Origin: a virus
Virus record (IMG/VR): IMGVR_UViG_3300045988_042241
Span: 1 to 39,168 of that record
DNA length: 39,168 bases
Reading direction: 5' to 3' (one strand)
In this document: one piece after another, positions 7,372 to 15,219 of the stretch
How the letters are laid out: each line of letters starts with the position of its first letter
How positions within the stretch are numbered: position 1 is the first letter of the stretch
Position numbers and translations under genes: made by a program
The notes under the pieces: generated by a model
Told to the model about the DNA's origin: nothing
Databases searched by the model: none
What the model saw: the letters and a program-made list of their open reading frames with translations, nothing else

Positions 7372-7418
7372 AGAACTTGTGAAAATATATTGATATTCAC
7401 AAGAACTTGTGATATATT
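7372..7418 (+). promoter_or_regulatory. Rightward early promoter with operator repeats
   Basis: TTGATA (7390..7395), 17 nt, TGATATATT (extended -10, 7410..7418). AGAACTTGTGA direct repeats at 7372 and 7402. Dyad TCACAAG-AA-CTTGTGA (7397..7412) fills the spacer. Confidence 0.65.
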
Positions 7419-7452
7419 ATAACCATCAGGAATGAACAACAGGAAAAGATTT

Positions 7453-7478
7453 GAGCGCATTTAATCCGCTCGTTTTTT
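7453..7478 (+). terminator. Weak hairpin plus T-run in the leader between the promoter and the cro-like gene
   Basis: GAGCG-CATTTAATC-CGCTC followed by GTTTTTT. Only 5-6 bp of stem. Confidence 0.35.
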
Positions 7479-7547
7479 CTTCCGCATACCTATTCCTGAC
7501 GCGATTATAACACGCAAAATTTTAAATTGCAAGGAGGGGCGCAAAAT

Positions 7548-7745
7548 TTGAACGCAATACGCGATTTGCGGGAGGCCAAGGGGCTGACCCAAGCGGAGCT
7601 GGCGCGGCGGATCGGCGTCCAGCAGCCGGCCATCGTCAAGTATGAGAGCGGAGATTGTATGCCGCCGCTGGCGCGGGCCTTCCGGCTGGCCCACGCGCTG
7701 GACTGCACGGTGCAGGAGCTGGGTCTGGTGGACACCGGCGCATAA
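7548..7745 (+). CDS. Cro-like small XRE HTH protein
   Basis: AAGGAGGGG upstream of TTG 7548. HTH segment GLTQAELARRIGVQQPAIVKYESG. Confidence 0.75.
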   Translation: MNAIRDLREAKGLTQAELARRIGVQQPAIVKYESGDCMPPLARAFRLAHALDCTVQELGLVDTGA

Positions 7746-7769
7746 CAGGTGAGGAGAGGAGACGGAGAC

Positions 7770-7985
7770 ATGACGTTACAGGACATTGAGCGCATCCCCA
7801 AGGAGTATTTGACTGCGGCGCAGGTGGCCCCGATTTTGGGTGCGGACCCGCAGACCATCCGGATGCAGGCGCGGCAGCGGCCTGACCTGCTGCCATTCCC
7901 GGCGGTGTGCCTCGGGAGCCGGGTCAAGATACCCAAGGAGGCATTTTTGCGGGTCATGCGTGGTCTTGACCTGCGATTAGATTAA
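7770..7985 (+). CDS. Excisionase-family/MerR-like HTH DNA-binding protein
   Basis: RBS GAGGAGAGGAGACGGAG. Motif YLTAAQVAPILGADPQTIRMQARQ followed by GSRVKIPKEAFLRVM. Confidence 0.6.
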   Translation: MTLQDIERIPKEYLTAAQVAPILGADPQTIRMQARQRPDLLPFPAVCLGSRVKIPKEAFLRVMRGLDLRLD

Positions 7986-8006
7986 CACAGAGAGGAGCGC
8001 GAGACA

Positions 8007-8585
8007 ATGGACAAGAGATGCCCTAATTTGTACCAAAGGGCAAGGCTTAGTACCGGTTTGACGCAGGAGCGGGCAGCGGAGCTGCTGGATTTGTCGGTTG
8101 AGAGCCTCAAGCAGTACGAGGGAGACAGGCGGGTGCCGCCGGACGAGACGGTGGCGCGGATGGTGGAGGCGTACCGCTGCCCATGGCTGGCATTGGAGCA
8201 CGCGCAGGCCACGGACCGGCTGGGCGTGCTGCCCAAGGCGGAGCCGAGGCCGCTGCCCATGGCAAGCATCGCCCTCCGCAACCGGCTGCATGACGCCACG
8301 GGGCGGCTGGACGCCCTGCTCCGGATCGCGGAGGATGGCATCATAGACGACAAGGAGCGTCCGGAGTTTGACAGCATTGTGGCGGAGCTGCGGGAGACCA
8401 TGGGAGCCATCTATCAGGTGATCTACTCGGGCGCGGGCACAAAAAGGGACCGCCCTGACGTGGGGACGTCAGAGCGGCCAAAATCGGGAAGTGTGGTAAT
8501 GGATTTTTCGCAAAATCATTATACCACGCAGCCCACGGATTTGGCAAGAGGGAATTTTACCCGGACGGGAGGTGTGCTCCTGTGA
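8007..8585 (+). CDS. XRE-family HTH protein with a C-terminal extension, 192 aa
   Basis: HTH segment GLTQERAAELLDLSVESLKQYEGDRRVP. Confidence 0.75.
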   Translation: MDKRCPNLYQRARLSTGLTQERAAELLDLSVESLKQYEGDRRVPPDETVARMVEAYRCPWLALEHAQATDRLGVLPKAEPRPLPMASIALRNRLHDATGRLDALLRIAEDGIIDDKERPEFDSIVAELRETMGAIYQVIYSGAGTKRDRPDVGTSERPKSGSVVMDFSQNHYTTQPTDLARGNFTRTGGVLL

Positions 8586-8671
8586 CGGGCTGGGCTGTGT
8601 TTTTTACGCTGCTGGGCGCCGCATCTGCGGTGGGTCAGGTCATGCGCGTGGTGGATTTTTTGGAGCGATAA
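8582..8671 (+). CDS. Possible small hydrophobic peptide (29 aa)
   Basis: GTG overlaps the upstream TGA (GTGA). TM-like segment GWAVFFTLLGAASAVGQV. No other support. Confidence 0.25.
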   Translation: MTGWAVFFTLLGAASAVGQVMRVVDFLER

Positions 8672-8685
8672 GGTGAGGGGTATCT

Positions 8686-9525
8686 ATGGCATACGATTTG
8701 ACGCTGGGCGGGCTGTACGCGGTCATCCCGGCCAGAGTGCTGTACGATGAGCGGCTGCGGCCAACGGCCAAGCTGCTGTACGGCGAGATCGTCCGGCTGG
8801 CGCAGAGCAGCGGGTATTGCTACGCAACCAACAAGCAGTTGATGGGCGTGTGCGGCCTCTCGGACAAGTCCGTCTCCGAGCTGGTGGGCCAGCTCCGGGC
8901 GTGCGGGCACATCCGGCTGGAGATGGTGCGGCGGAACGGCGAGAGCGGAGACATTATCCAGAGGCGGATTTTTATCGGGCAGGATTTGGCCAAAAGCGGC
9001 CCGGAAATGGAGGGCGAAACCCCCGAAGGGGGGTATCCCGAAAAATCGGGAGACGTATCCCGAAAAATCGGGAGAGGGTATCCCGAAAAATCGGGAGGTA
9101 TTATAAGTAATAATATAATAAATAATATCCCCCCTATATCCCCCCAAAAGGGGGGAAGCGTGAAAAAGCGGAAACAGAACAAGTCCGTGCCGGAATGGAG
9201 ACCGGAGCGCTTTGAAAAATTTTGGGAATACTACCGGACCCACGGCCGGGACAATGACCGGGCCGGGGCGGTCCGGGAGTGGGACAGGCTCAAGCCGGAG
9301 GATGATCTCATCGACACCATGGCCCGGGCGCTGGCGGCGCAGGCTGCTTCCGACGAGTGGCGGCGGGGCATCGGCATCCCATATGCCTGCCGTTGGCTCC
9401 GCAATGAGCGCTGGAGGGACACCGGCCTGCGGCGGTCCGAATCGGACACCGAGGAGGCCCCGCCCCGGCGGCGCTACATCGGCAAGCGGGTGATCGACGG
9501 GGAGGAGGTAGACGTCTTTGAGTAA
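8686..9525 (+). CDS. Replication initiator / replisome organizer (winged-helix N-terminus)
   Basis: RBS GGTGAGGGG. N-terminal wHTH segment LYGEIVRLAQSSGYCYATNKQLM. C-terminal FEKFWEYY and IPYACRWLRNERW motifs. Iterons lie inside the gene, and it sits directly upstream of dnaB. Confidence 0.7.
   Translation: MAYDLTLGGLYAVIPARVLYDERLRPTAKLLYGEIVRLAQSSGYCYATNKQLMGVCGLSDKSVSELVGQLRACGHIRLEMVRRNGESGDIIQRRIFIGQDLAKSGPEMEGETPEGGYPEKSGDVSRKIGRGYPEKSGGIISNNIINNIPPISPQKGGSVKKRKQNKSVPEWRPERFEKFWEYYRTHGRDNDRAGAVREWDRLKPEDDLIDTMARALAAQAASDEWRRGIGIPYACRWLRNERWRDTGLRRSESDTEEAPPRRRYIGKRVIDGEEVDVFE
9033..9097 (+). repeat. Origin iterons: GTATCCCGAAAAATCGGGAG x3 at 22-23 bp spacing
   Basis: Copies at 9033, 9055 and 9078, each containing the dyad CCCGA-AAAA-TCGGG. 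An AT-rich stretch (9098..9128) and CCCCCC-AAAA-GGGGGG (9140..9155) follow. Confidence 0.75.
9435..9447. repeat. Dispersed palindrome GTCCGAATCGGAC, copy 1 (inside the replication initiator gene)
   Basis: Perfect 13-mer; in frame it encodes RSESDT. Confidence 0.95.
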
Positions 9526-10816
9526 TTTTGCAAGCGTGGAGGCCGAGCAGGCCGTGCTTGGCTCCATGCTTATTGACAGCCGGTGCATCCGGGAGATCGC
9601 GGGGCGGCTGCGGGAGACGGATTTTTCCGTGGGTCTCAATCAGGCGCTGTTTAGCCTGATCTGCGACATGGACCGGGACGGCCAGCCGGTGGACGGGATC
9701 ACCGTCTGCGGCGCGGCAGTCAAGGCGGAGATCGCAGAGGACAAGACGCTGCGGAACTATTTGGCCCAGCTTATGGAGATCACGCCCACGGCGGCCAACG
9801 CGGCAGAGTACGCGGCGCTGGTGGCCCAGACCGCCCGGAGGCGGGAGCTCAAAGAGGGGCTGGAGGACGCACTCAGGGGTCTTGCGGAGCACGAGGCAGA
9901 GGACACGGTGCTCTCCCGGTTGGACGCGGCCATGGCGGCCAGTGCCCAGCGGACGGAGAGCGAGCTGGCGGCCCCCAAGGAGCTGGCGGACAGCTTTTTG
10001 GCGTACCGGGAGCGCATCGACGAGGGTGCCGCGCCTTATGTCCGCACCGGGGTCAAGGCGCTGGACAAGCTGCTGGGCGGCGGCATGGTGCAGGGCGGGC
10101 TCTACATACTGGCCGGACGGCCCGGCATGGGCAAAAGCGCCCTGGGCATCGCCATTGCGGAGCACGTGGCGCAGACCGTGGGCCGTGTTGATTATTTTAG
10201 CCTGGAGATGAGCCGGGCGCAGATCATGGCCCGGCGGCTGGCGTCCATCGGCAAGATGGACAGCAAACGCATTTTGATGGACAGCCTGACGCCGGAGGAG
10301 TACAAGCGGATGATCGACGCCACGCGGCAGGCGGCGTCCACGCCGCTCTACGCCACGGACGGACAGACCCAGAGCGCACAGCGTATTACGGCCATTGCCC
10401 GAGCGGGGCGAGACGTCAAGTTGGCGGTGGTGGACCACTTCGGCCTGATTTTGCGGCCCGGCAAGCGTCAGGACGCGGACGAGTCAAGAGAGATCGCCCA
10501 TGCTCTCAAGCGGCTGGCGCAGTCCCTTAATCAGCCGGTGCTATGCCTTGCACAGCTCAACCGGCAGAATGAGCAGCGCAGCGACAAGCGGCCCACGCTG
10601 GCAGACCTGCGGGCTACGGGCGCCATGGAGGAGGACGCCGACGGTGTGATCTTTATCCACCGACCGGATTACTACAACGCGGACTACAAGCGGGAGCCGG
10701 GCGCACCGGAGCGGACAGAGGTCATTTTAGCCAAAAACCGCCACGGCAGCACCGGCAAGATCAATTTATCTTTCTGGCCGGAGACCAACACGTTTAATCC
10801 GGCCTATGTGGAGTGA
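9518..10816 (+). CDS. dnaB: Replicative DNA helicase, DnaB family
   Basis: N-terminal SVEAEQAVLGSML. Walker A GRPGMGKSALGIAIA. TTG start 9 nt after GGAGGAGG. Confidence 0.9.
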   Translation: MSNFASVEAEQAVLGSMLIDSRCIREIAGRLRETDFSVGLNQALFSLICDMDRDGQPVDGITVCGAAVKAEIAEDKTLRNYLAQLMEITPTAANAAEYAALVAQTARRRELKEGLEDALRGLAEHEAEDTVLSRLDAAMAASAQRTESELAAPKELADSFLAYRERIDEGAAPYVRTGVKALDKLLGGGMVQGGLYILAGRPGMGKSALGIAIAEHVAQTVGRVDYFSLEMSRAQIMARRLASIGKMDSKRILMDSLTPEEYKRMIDATRQAASTPLYATDGQTQSAQRITAIARAGRDVKLAVVDHFGLILRPGKRQDADESREIAHALKRLAQSLNQPVLCLAQLNRQNEQRSDKRPTLADLRATGAMEEDADGVIFIHRPDYYNADYKREPGAPERTEVILAKNRHGSTGKINLSFWPETNTFNPAYVE

Positions 10817-10823
10817 GGACAAT

Positions 10824-11081
10824 ATGCAAGTTGGGGATATTTTGGAGCGCACACCCACCATTGAGGCAATGAGCGGCCTTGGGACGGTGGGGCCGCTGCC
10901 GTGCCGGGTGATCTACATCCACCCGGAGGGGCGGTTTTACACGGTGGAGTTTACCAGCCGTATCACCGGCGAGCAGTGGCGGGAGGCATTCTGGCCTGAC
11001 CGCCCGACGGAGCAAAAGCAGGGCTACGGCAACGAGGGGGCGCGGTTTTTCTGCCCGCCCCGGAGAGGTGAGGGACTATGA
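10824..11081 (+). CDS. Hypothetical protein, 85 aa
   Basis: ATG 10824 after the dnaB stop, with GGAGTGAGGA upstream. Confidence 0.6.
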   Translation: MQVGDILERTPTIEAMSGLGTVGPLPCRVIYIHPEGRFYTVEFTSRITGEQWREAFWPDRPTEQKQGYGNEGARFFCPPRRGEGL

Positions 11082-11842
11082 GGACGATCGCGATCATGAA
11101 TAACAAGGGCGGAGTGGGTAAGACCGTTACCGCCATCAATCTGGGAGATATTTTAGCCGCCGATTTTGGCCAGCGGGTAGTGCTGGCGGACTGCGACGGG
11201 CAGGCCAACCTGACGCGCTTTTTCCTGCCGGAGGATGAGGCGGACACATACACCACGGCGGACATCCTGACCGGCGAGGGGGAGAGCGTGTGGAGCGACA
11301 ATCTTGTGACCATCCGGCCGGGGCTGAGCCTGCTGCCCGGCAGCTCCGGGCTCTATGACCTCGATCTGCGGGCCATCCGGGACGGGCTCAGCGCCCCGGA
11401 GCGGCTGCGGGGATTTGCGGAGTGCGCCCGGGAGGATGGGGACACGGACTGGATGATCTTTGACTGCCCGCCGGGTTACACCGTGGCCAGCGTGGCGGCG
11501 CTGCTGGCGGCGGACACGGTGGTCATCCCGGTTTTGGCGGACAAATTCTCCCTTGACGGGGCGGCGGCTGTGGCTGAGCAGGCCAACCGTCTCGCGGGCG
11601 TGCGGCCCCGGCTGCGGGTGCGGGCGCTGCTGACCCAGACCCGGGGGACGGAGGTGGTGACAGCGGCGGCCACCATGCTGACGCAGATGCGCTTACCGGT
11701 ATACCGTACAGCCATCCGGCGGACGGACAAGGTGCCGGAGAGCACTATGACGCTTTTGCCGCTGCGGCAGTACAGCCCCGGCAGCGCCGCCGCCCGGGAC
11801 TACCGGGCGTGGGCCAAGGAGCTGATGGAGGAGGTGGTCTGA
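11078..11842 (+). CDS. parA: ParA/Soj-family partition ATPase
   Basis: Deviant Walker A NNKGGVGKTVTAINLG. ATGA overlap with the next gene. Confidence 0.85.
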   Translation: MRTIAIMNNKGGVGKTVTAINLGDILAADFGQRVVLADCDGQANLTRFFLPEDEADTYTTADILTGEGESVWSDNLVTIRPGLSLLPGSSGLYDLDLRAIRDGLSAPERLRGFAECAREDGDTDWMIFDCPPGYTVASVAALLAADTVVIPVLADKFSLDGAAAVAEQANRLAGVRPRLRVRALLTQTRGTEVVTAAATMLTQMRLPVYRTAIRRTDKVPESTMTLLPLRQYSPGSAAARDYRAWAKELMEEVV

Positions 11843-12840
11843 TGGCGGGCAAAAATTTTGACATCTCGCGGTTTGCCGAGACCATCACGCCGGTGCGGTC
11901 CGAATCGGACACCATGCGGGAGATCGCCATTGACAAGATACGTGACAATCCCCGCAACTTTTACCCCGCGCCGGGGCCTGCGGCGCTGGCGGCGCTGGAG
12001 GACTCCATCCGGGCCAACGGCCTGCTGGAGCCGCCGACGGTCATTGCCGCCGAGGACGGGACGAGCTACCGCCTGATCTCCGGCCACAGCCGCATGGCGG
12101 CACTCCGGGCGCTCCATGCCAAGACGCCGGAGCAGTGGGAGACGGTGCCCTGCCGGGTGCTACCCACCATGTCGGAGGAGGCAGAGGCGTCGGCGGTCAT
12201 TGAGGCTAACCGGCAGCGGGTCAAGTCTCCGGCGCTTTTGGCGGAGGAGGCGGAGAGGCTGACGGAGCTCTACATCAAGCGCCGGGAGGCAGGAGAGGAC
12301 TTGCCGGGCCGCATCCGGGACCGGGTGGCGGAGGCGCTGCAGGTCAAGTCTACAAAGATCGCCAATGTAACGGCCATTAAAAACGGCATTAAAGTACCGG
12401 GCATTGCTGAGCGGTGGAGACGGGACGAGATACCGGAGGCGGCAGCGCTGATGATCGCCCGGATGGACATAGACGAGCAGTACCGCCTGCTGGACTGGAT
12501 GATCGACAAGGGACGGAGCTGCACCATTAACGAGGTGCGGAAGTTTGACACCTGCTATCACAACGCAAAAAAGGCGGAGCGGCAGCTAACGCCGGAGCCG
12601 GAGCAAGAGGCGGAGCCGCTGCCGGAGGGGCAGATGGTGATCTGCGGCTGGATGCCGGGAGGCACCACACCGGCGGAGCCGGGAGAGTTTGCCGTGGTTG
12701 TGGACTTTGGCGGCGGCAAGCGGCTCAAGCGATTTTTTGAGTGGGACGGACATCGCTGGATGATGACAGGCGGCATTGAGACGAGCATCGCACCGGCATG
12801 GTGGATGCGGCTGCCGCCTGTGCCGGACAAGGAGGGCTGA
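11842..12840 (+). CDS. parB: ParB N-terminal-domain (ParB/Srx) protein
   Basis: Motifs IAIDKIRDNPRNFY and LLEPPTVIAAEDGTSYRLISGHSRMAALRAL. Translationally coupled to parA. Confidence 0.75.
   Translation: MAGKNFDISRFAETITPVRSESDTMREIAIDKIRDNPRNFYPAPGPAALAALEDSIRANGLLEPPTVIAAEDGTSYRLISGHSRMAALRALHAKTPEQWETVPCRVLPTMSEEAEASAVIEANRQRVKSPALLAEEAERLTELYIKRREAGEDLPGRIRDRVAEALQVKSTKIANVTAIKNGIKVPGIAERWRRDEIPEAAALMIARMDIDEQYRLLDWMIDKGRSCTINEVRKFDTCYHNAKKAERQLTPEPEQEAEPLPEGQMVICGWMPGGTTPAEPGEFAVVVDFGGGKRLKRFFEWDGHRWMMTGGIETSIAPAWWMRLPPVPDKEG
11898..11910. repeat. Dispersed palindrome, copy 2 (inside parB)
   Basis: Perfect 13-mer; the same 19-nt context as copy 1. Confidence 0.95.
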
Positions 12841-12841
12841 T

Positions 12842-12973
12842 ATGAGCAGGCGATACAGAGGCAAGCGGCCCCACGAGCCGTTGACAGGCTGGGTGCTCTG
12901 GCCGCTGTTTTTGGCGGCGCTGTGCGGAGCACTGCTGGCGCTGACCACCACAGCAGGCGGAGGTGGGCTATGA
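12842..12973 (+). CDS. Small membrane protein, 43 aa
   Basis: ATG 1 nt after the parB stop. TM segment GWVLWPLFLAALCGALLALT. Confidence 0.5.
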   Translation: MSRRYRGKRPHEPLTGWVLWPLFLAALCGALLALTTTAGGGGL

Positions 12974-13167
12974 TGCAGTGCCCCTGCTATGGCTGCGAGC
13001 TGCGCGGCCTCGGCTGTCACAATCCGGAGCGCTGCGCCCGCTGGGCGGAGTATCTGGCAGCCACGGAGACCGCTCGCGCCAAGGCGGCGCAGAGCAAGCG
13101 GAGCACCGTTATCATGCAAGACTACGTTAAGGACAAAAGCAAAAATTTGCGGAAGCGGAAACGGTAA
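12970..13167 (+). CDS. Small Cys-rich basic protein, 65 aa
   Basis: ATGA overlap with the upstream gene. Begins MMQCPCYGCELRGLGCHNPERC. Confidence 0.55.
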   Translation: MMQCPCYGCELRGLGCHNPERCARWAEYLAATETARAKAAQSKRSTVIMQDYVKDKSKNLRKRKR

Positions 13168-13301
13168 GGAAGCGGAGAAAGCAGCAGAAACTACTACACG
13201 CCGGAAATGGACGGACTAAAGCGGGACTGGACAGGCGTGTGTTGGCGCAACCGTGGTGATGCTGCTGCCCGCAAGAACGGATACCAAGAGGAGGGAAGAT
13301 A

Positions 13302-13649
13302 ATGGATGCTGTGGAGTTTGTGAAAACGTTGGACAGAATGTGCAACTGCGAGTGTTACAAATGCGAGATTTGGAAAAGACTTAGTGGGCTTGAAAGCTGC
13401 ACAGTCTGGATAGAGACCCACCCGGAGGAGGCCGTTACTATCGTGGAACAGTGGGCCGCAGAGCATCCCGTCAAAACCAGACAGAGCGAGTTCTTGAAGC
13501 ATTACCCCGACGCACGAATTTCGGTACACGGGTGCCTCAATACTTGCCCGATGGATGTGTTCTCAGATACAGGCATTAACTGCAATGCGCAACCTTGCTT
13601 TGAGTGCAAAAAGGCGTTCTGGCTTGCGGAGGTGGAGGGAAATGGATGA
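13302..13649 (+). CDS. Cys-rich hypothetical protein, 115 aa
   Basis: RBS GAGGAGGG. Motifs CNCECYKCE and CFECKK. Confidence 0.65.
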   Translation: MDAVEFVKTLDRMCNCECYKCEIWKRLSGLESCTVWIETHPEEAVTIVEQWAAEHPVKTRQSEFLKHYPDARISVHGCLNTCPMDVFSDTGINCNAQPCFECKKAFWLAEVEGNG

Positions 13650-14305
13650 AGGTGCTTGAGCTATTTGCCGGGACGCGCTCTATAGGGAAGGCGTTCGAGG
13701 CCCGGGGCCACAAGGTGTACTCCGTAGAGTGGGACAAGCGATTTGACCACATCGACCTATATGCTGACATCCTGCATCTGACTGCGGAGGATGTGCTGCG
13801 GGAGTTTGGGCGGCCTGATGTGATCTGGGCAAGCCCGGACTGCGCCACATTTTCTATCGCGGCCATCAGCCACCACAGGCGGAAAAACCACGAGACAGGA
13901 AATTTGGACCCGGTGAGCGAGTATGCCAAGTTTTGCGATGCAGTGGACCAGCACGTGCTGCGGCTGATCTTAGCATTGAGCCCGACTTACTGGTTCATCG
14001 AAAATCCGCGTGGAGGGATGCGCAAAATGACGTGGATGGAGGGGCTGCCCCGGTACACCGTCACATACTGTCAGTACGGGGACGCCCGAATGAAGCCCAC
14101 GGACATCTGGACAAATCATCCGCTTCCCAGATTTAAACCGCCTTGTCATAACGGCGACCCGTGCCATATCTCTGCCCCGCGCGGGGCCAAAACGGGAACG
14201 CAAGGGCTGGCTGGCAGCGTGGAGCGGTCTGTCATCCCGGCTGCATTGTGCGACCATATCGTAGATATTTGTGAGGAGGCGGAGTGGAATGTCACAGTCT
14301 GTTAA
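13646..14305 (+). CDS. Small orphan DNA methyltransferase, C5-cytosine-like
   Basis: Motif I LELFAGTRSIG, motif IV-like WASPDCATFS, motif VI-like FIENPRG. No adjacent restriction endonuclease. Confidence 0.6.
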   Translation: MKVLELFAGTRSIGKAFEARGHKVYSVEWDKRFDHIDLYADILHLTAEDVLREFGRPDVIWASPDCATFSIAAISHHRRKNHETGNLDPVSEYAKFCDAVDQHVLRLILALSPTYWFIENPRGGMRKMTWMEGLPRYTVTYCQYGDARMKPTDIWTNHPLPRFKPPCHNGDPCHISAPRGAKTGTQGLAGSVERSVIPAALCDHIVDICEEAEWNVTVC

Positions 14306-14389
14306 AGCGCCATTTAAGTTTTCGCATAGATGGCGCCAAAAAGTGGCGCTTTGAGCCGAGGCAACTGCCGAAGCCGACGGAGGTGGAAA

Positions 14390-14722
14390 ATGCTGAAACC
14401 AAATGATCTGACGAAGGTGGAACTGCTGCAAGTGGTAGAAATGCTGGCGGAAACGGCTAACGAATATTATTTGAATCGTGCGCTGGGACGCATCGAAATG
14501 CAGCGGAACGATGCCCATTACGCAAGATGCCGAAAGCTGATTGACGAAGAACAAAAGCACTATGCAGCCTATTTCGATCTTCTTCGGCCATACGAGGGCA
14601 AGTCCATTGTGGATGTACCGCAGGATGTTTTGGAACAAGCGCAGGCAGAGTTTGACAAGGCGAGGGCAGCTGGACAAGAGTGGAACAGGCGGAATGGAAT
14701 CAAACTGAAAGGGAGGAAATGA
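14390..14722 (+). CDS. Hypothetical helical protein, 110 aa
   Basis: RBS GGAGGTGG before ATG 14390. Confidence 0.6.
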   Translation: MLKPNDLTKVELLQVVEMLAETANEYYLNRALGRIEMQRNDAHYARCRKLIDEEQKHYAAYFDLLRPYEGKSIVDVPQDVLEQAQAEFDKARAAGQEWNRRNGIKLKGRK

Positions 14723-14724
14723 GG

Positions 14725-15219
14725 ATGGCTAATGTTAATTGCCTGCGTTGCCACTTTAGGCATGAGGATAACGGGAACTGTACTGCGGTCGGCGGGTTCT
14801 GCACGGCGGTCCAGGCGGCGCACTGCCCGCTGCTGCGTCAGTATTTAGACACGGGCATGACGCCAGAAGCGTTTCAATCTTTTGTGGTGTTTTTTCAGGA
14901 TTTAATTGGAAACCAAAAAGCCAGTGAGGCACTGGACAGGTTCCGCCAGTTGGCCAAAGCAGACAAGGACGGTCGGCTGGTGGTGCTGCCGTGCAAAGTG
15001 GGCGATACGGTGTATGAGGTTACAAGTCGAAAGACCATAAGCGAATACCGAGTAAAGGCAATTCGCGTGGAATTGTTTTGTACATTCATCGAATGGGATA
15101 TCGTAGCCGGGTTTGTTGATAAATCCATTTTCGGCGTACCGGTTGATGAAATCGGCAAGACCGTATTCCTGACCCGCGAGGAGGCGAAGAAAGCATTGGA
15201 GGCGATGAAGGATGGCTGA
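14725..15219 (+). CDS. Hypothetical protein with an N-terminal Cys-rich segment, 164 aa
   Basis: GGGAGG 8 nt before ATG 14725. Motif CLRCHFRHEDNGNCTAVGGFC. Confidence 0.6.
   Translation: MANVNCLRCHFRHEDNGNCTAVGGFCTAVQAAHCPLLRQYLDTGMTPEAFQSFVVFFQDLIGNQKASEALDRFRQLAKADKDGRLVVLPCKVGDTVYEVTSRKTISEYRVKAIRVELFCTFIEWDIVAGFVDKSIFGVPVDEIGKTVFLTREEAKKALEAMKDG

Larger units (their letters stand above)
5113..7500. mobile_element. Low-GC island (possible nested integrative or recombinase cassette) inserted in the immunity region
   Basis: Sampled 60-nt lines give 38% GC (5881..5940) against 70% (8101..8160). It carries its own promoter, recombinase and XRE regulator. Duplicated promoter/leader segments flank it. 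Confidence 0.45.

Noticed and set aside
9033-9097. A CRISPR array
   Set aside because: There are only three 20-bp repeats separated by 2-3 nt, with no unique spacers and no cas genes. They are followed by an AT-rich unwinding-type element inside a replication gene, so these are iterons.
8635-9639. 334-aa ORF on the minus strand
   Set aside because: It is antisense to the replication initiator and is low-complexity and Pro/Arg-rich. The plus-strand gene has an RBS, a wHTH domain and coupling to dnaB.
9308-10438. 376-aa ORF on the minus strand
   Set aside because: It is antisense to the clear DnaB gene, has Arg/Pro/Gly/His-rich composition and no RBS. This is a typical shadow ORF of a high-GC gene.
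13207-13302. A 31-codon ORF in the 13168..13301 gap
   Set aside because: It has no convincing RBS and its arbitrary composition gives insufficient support.
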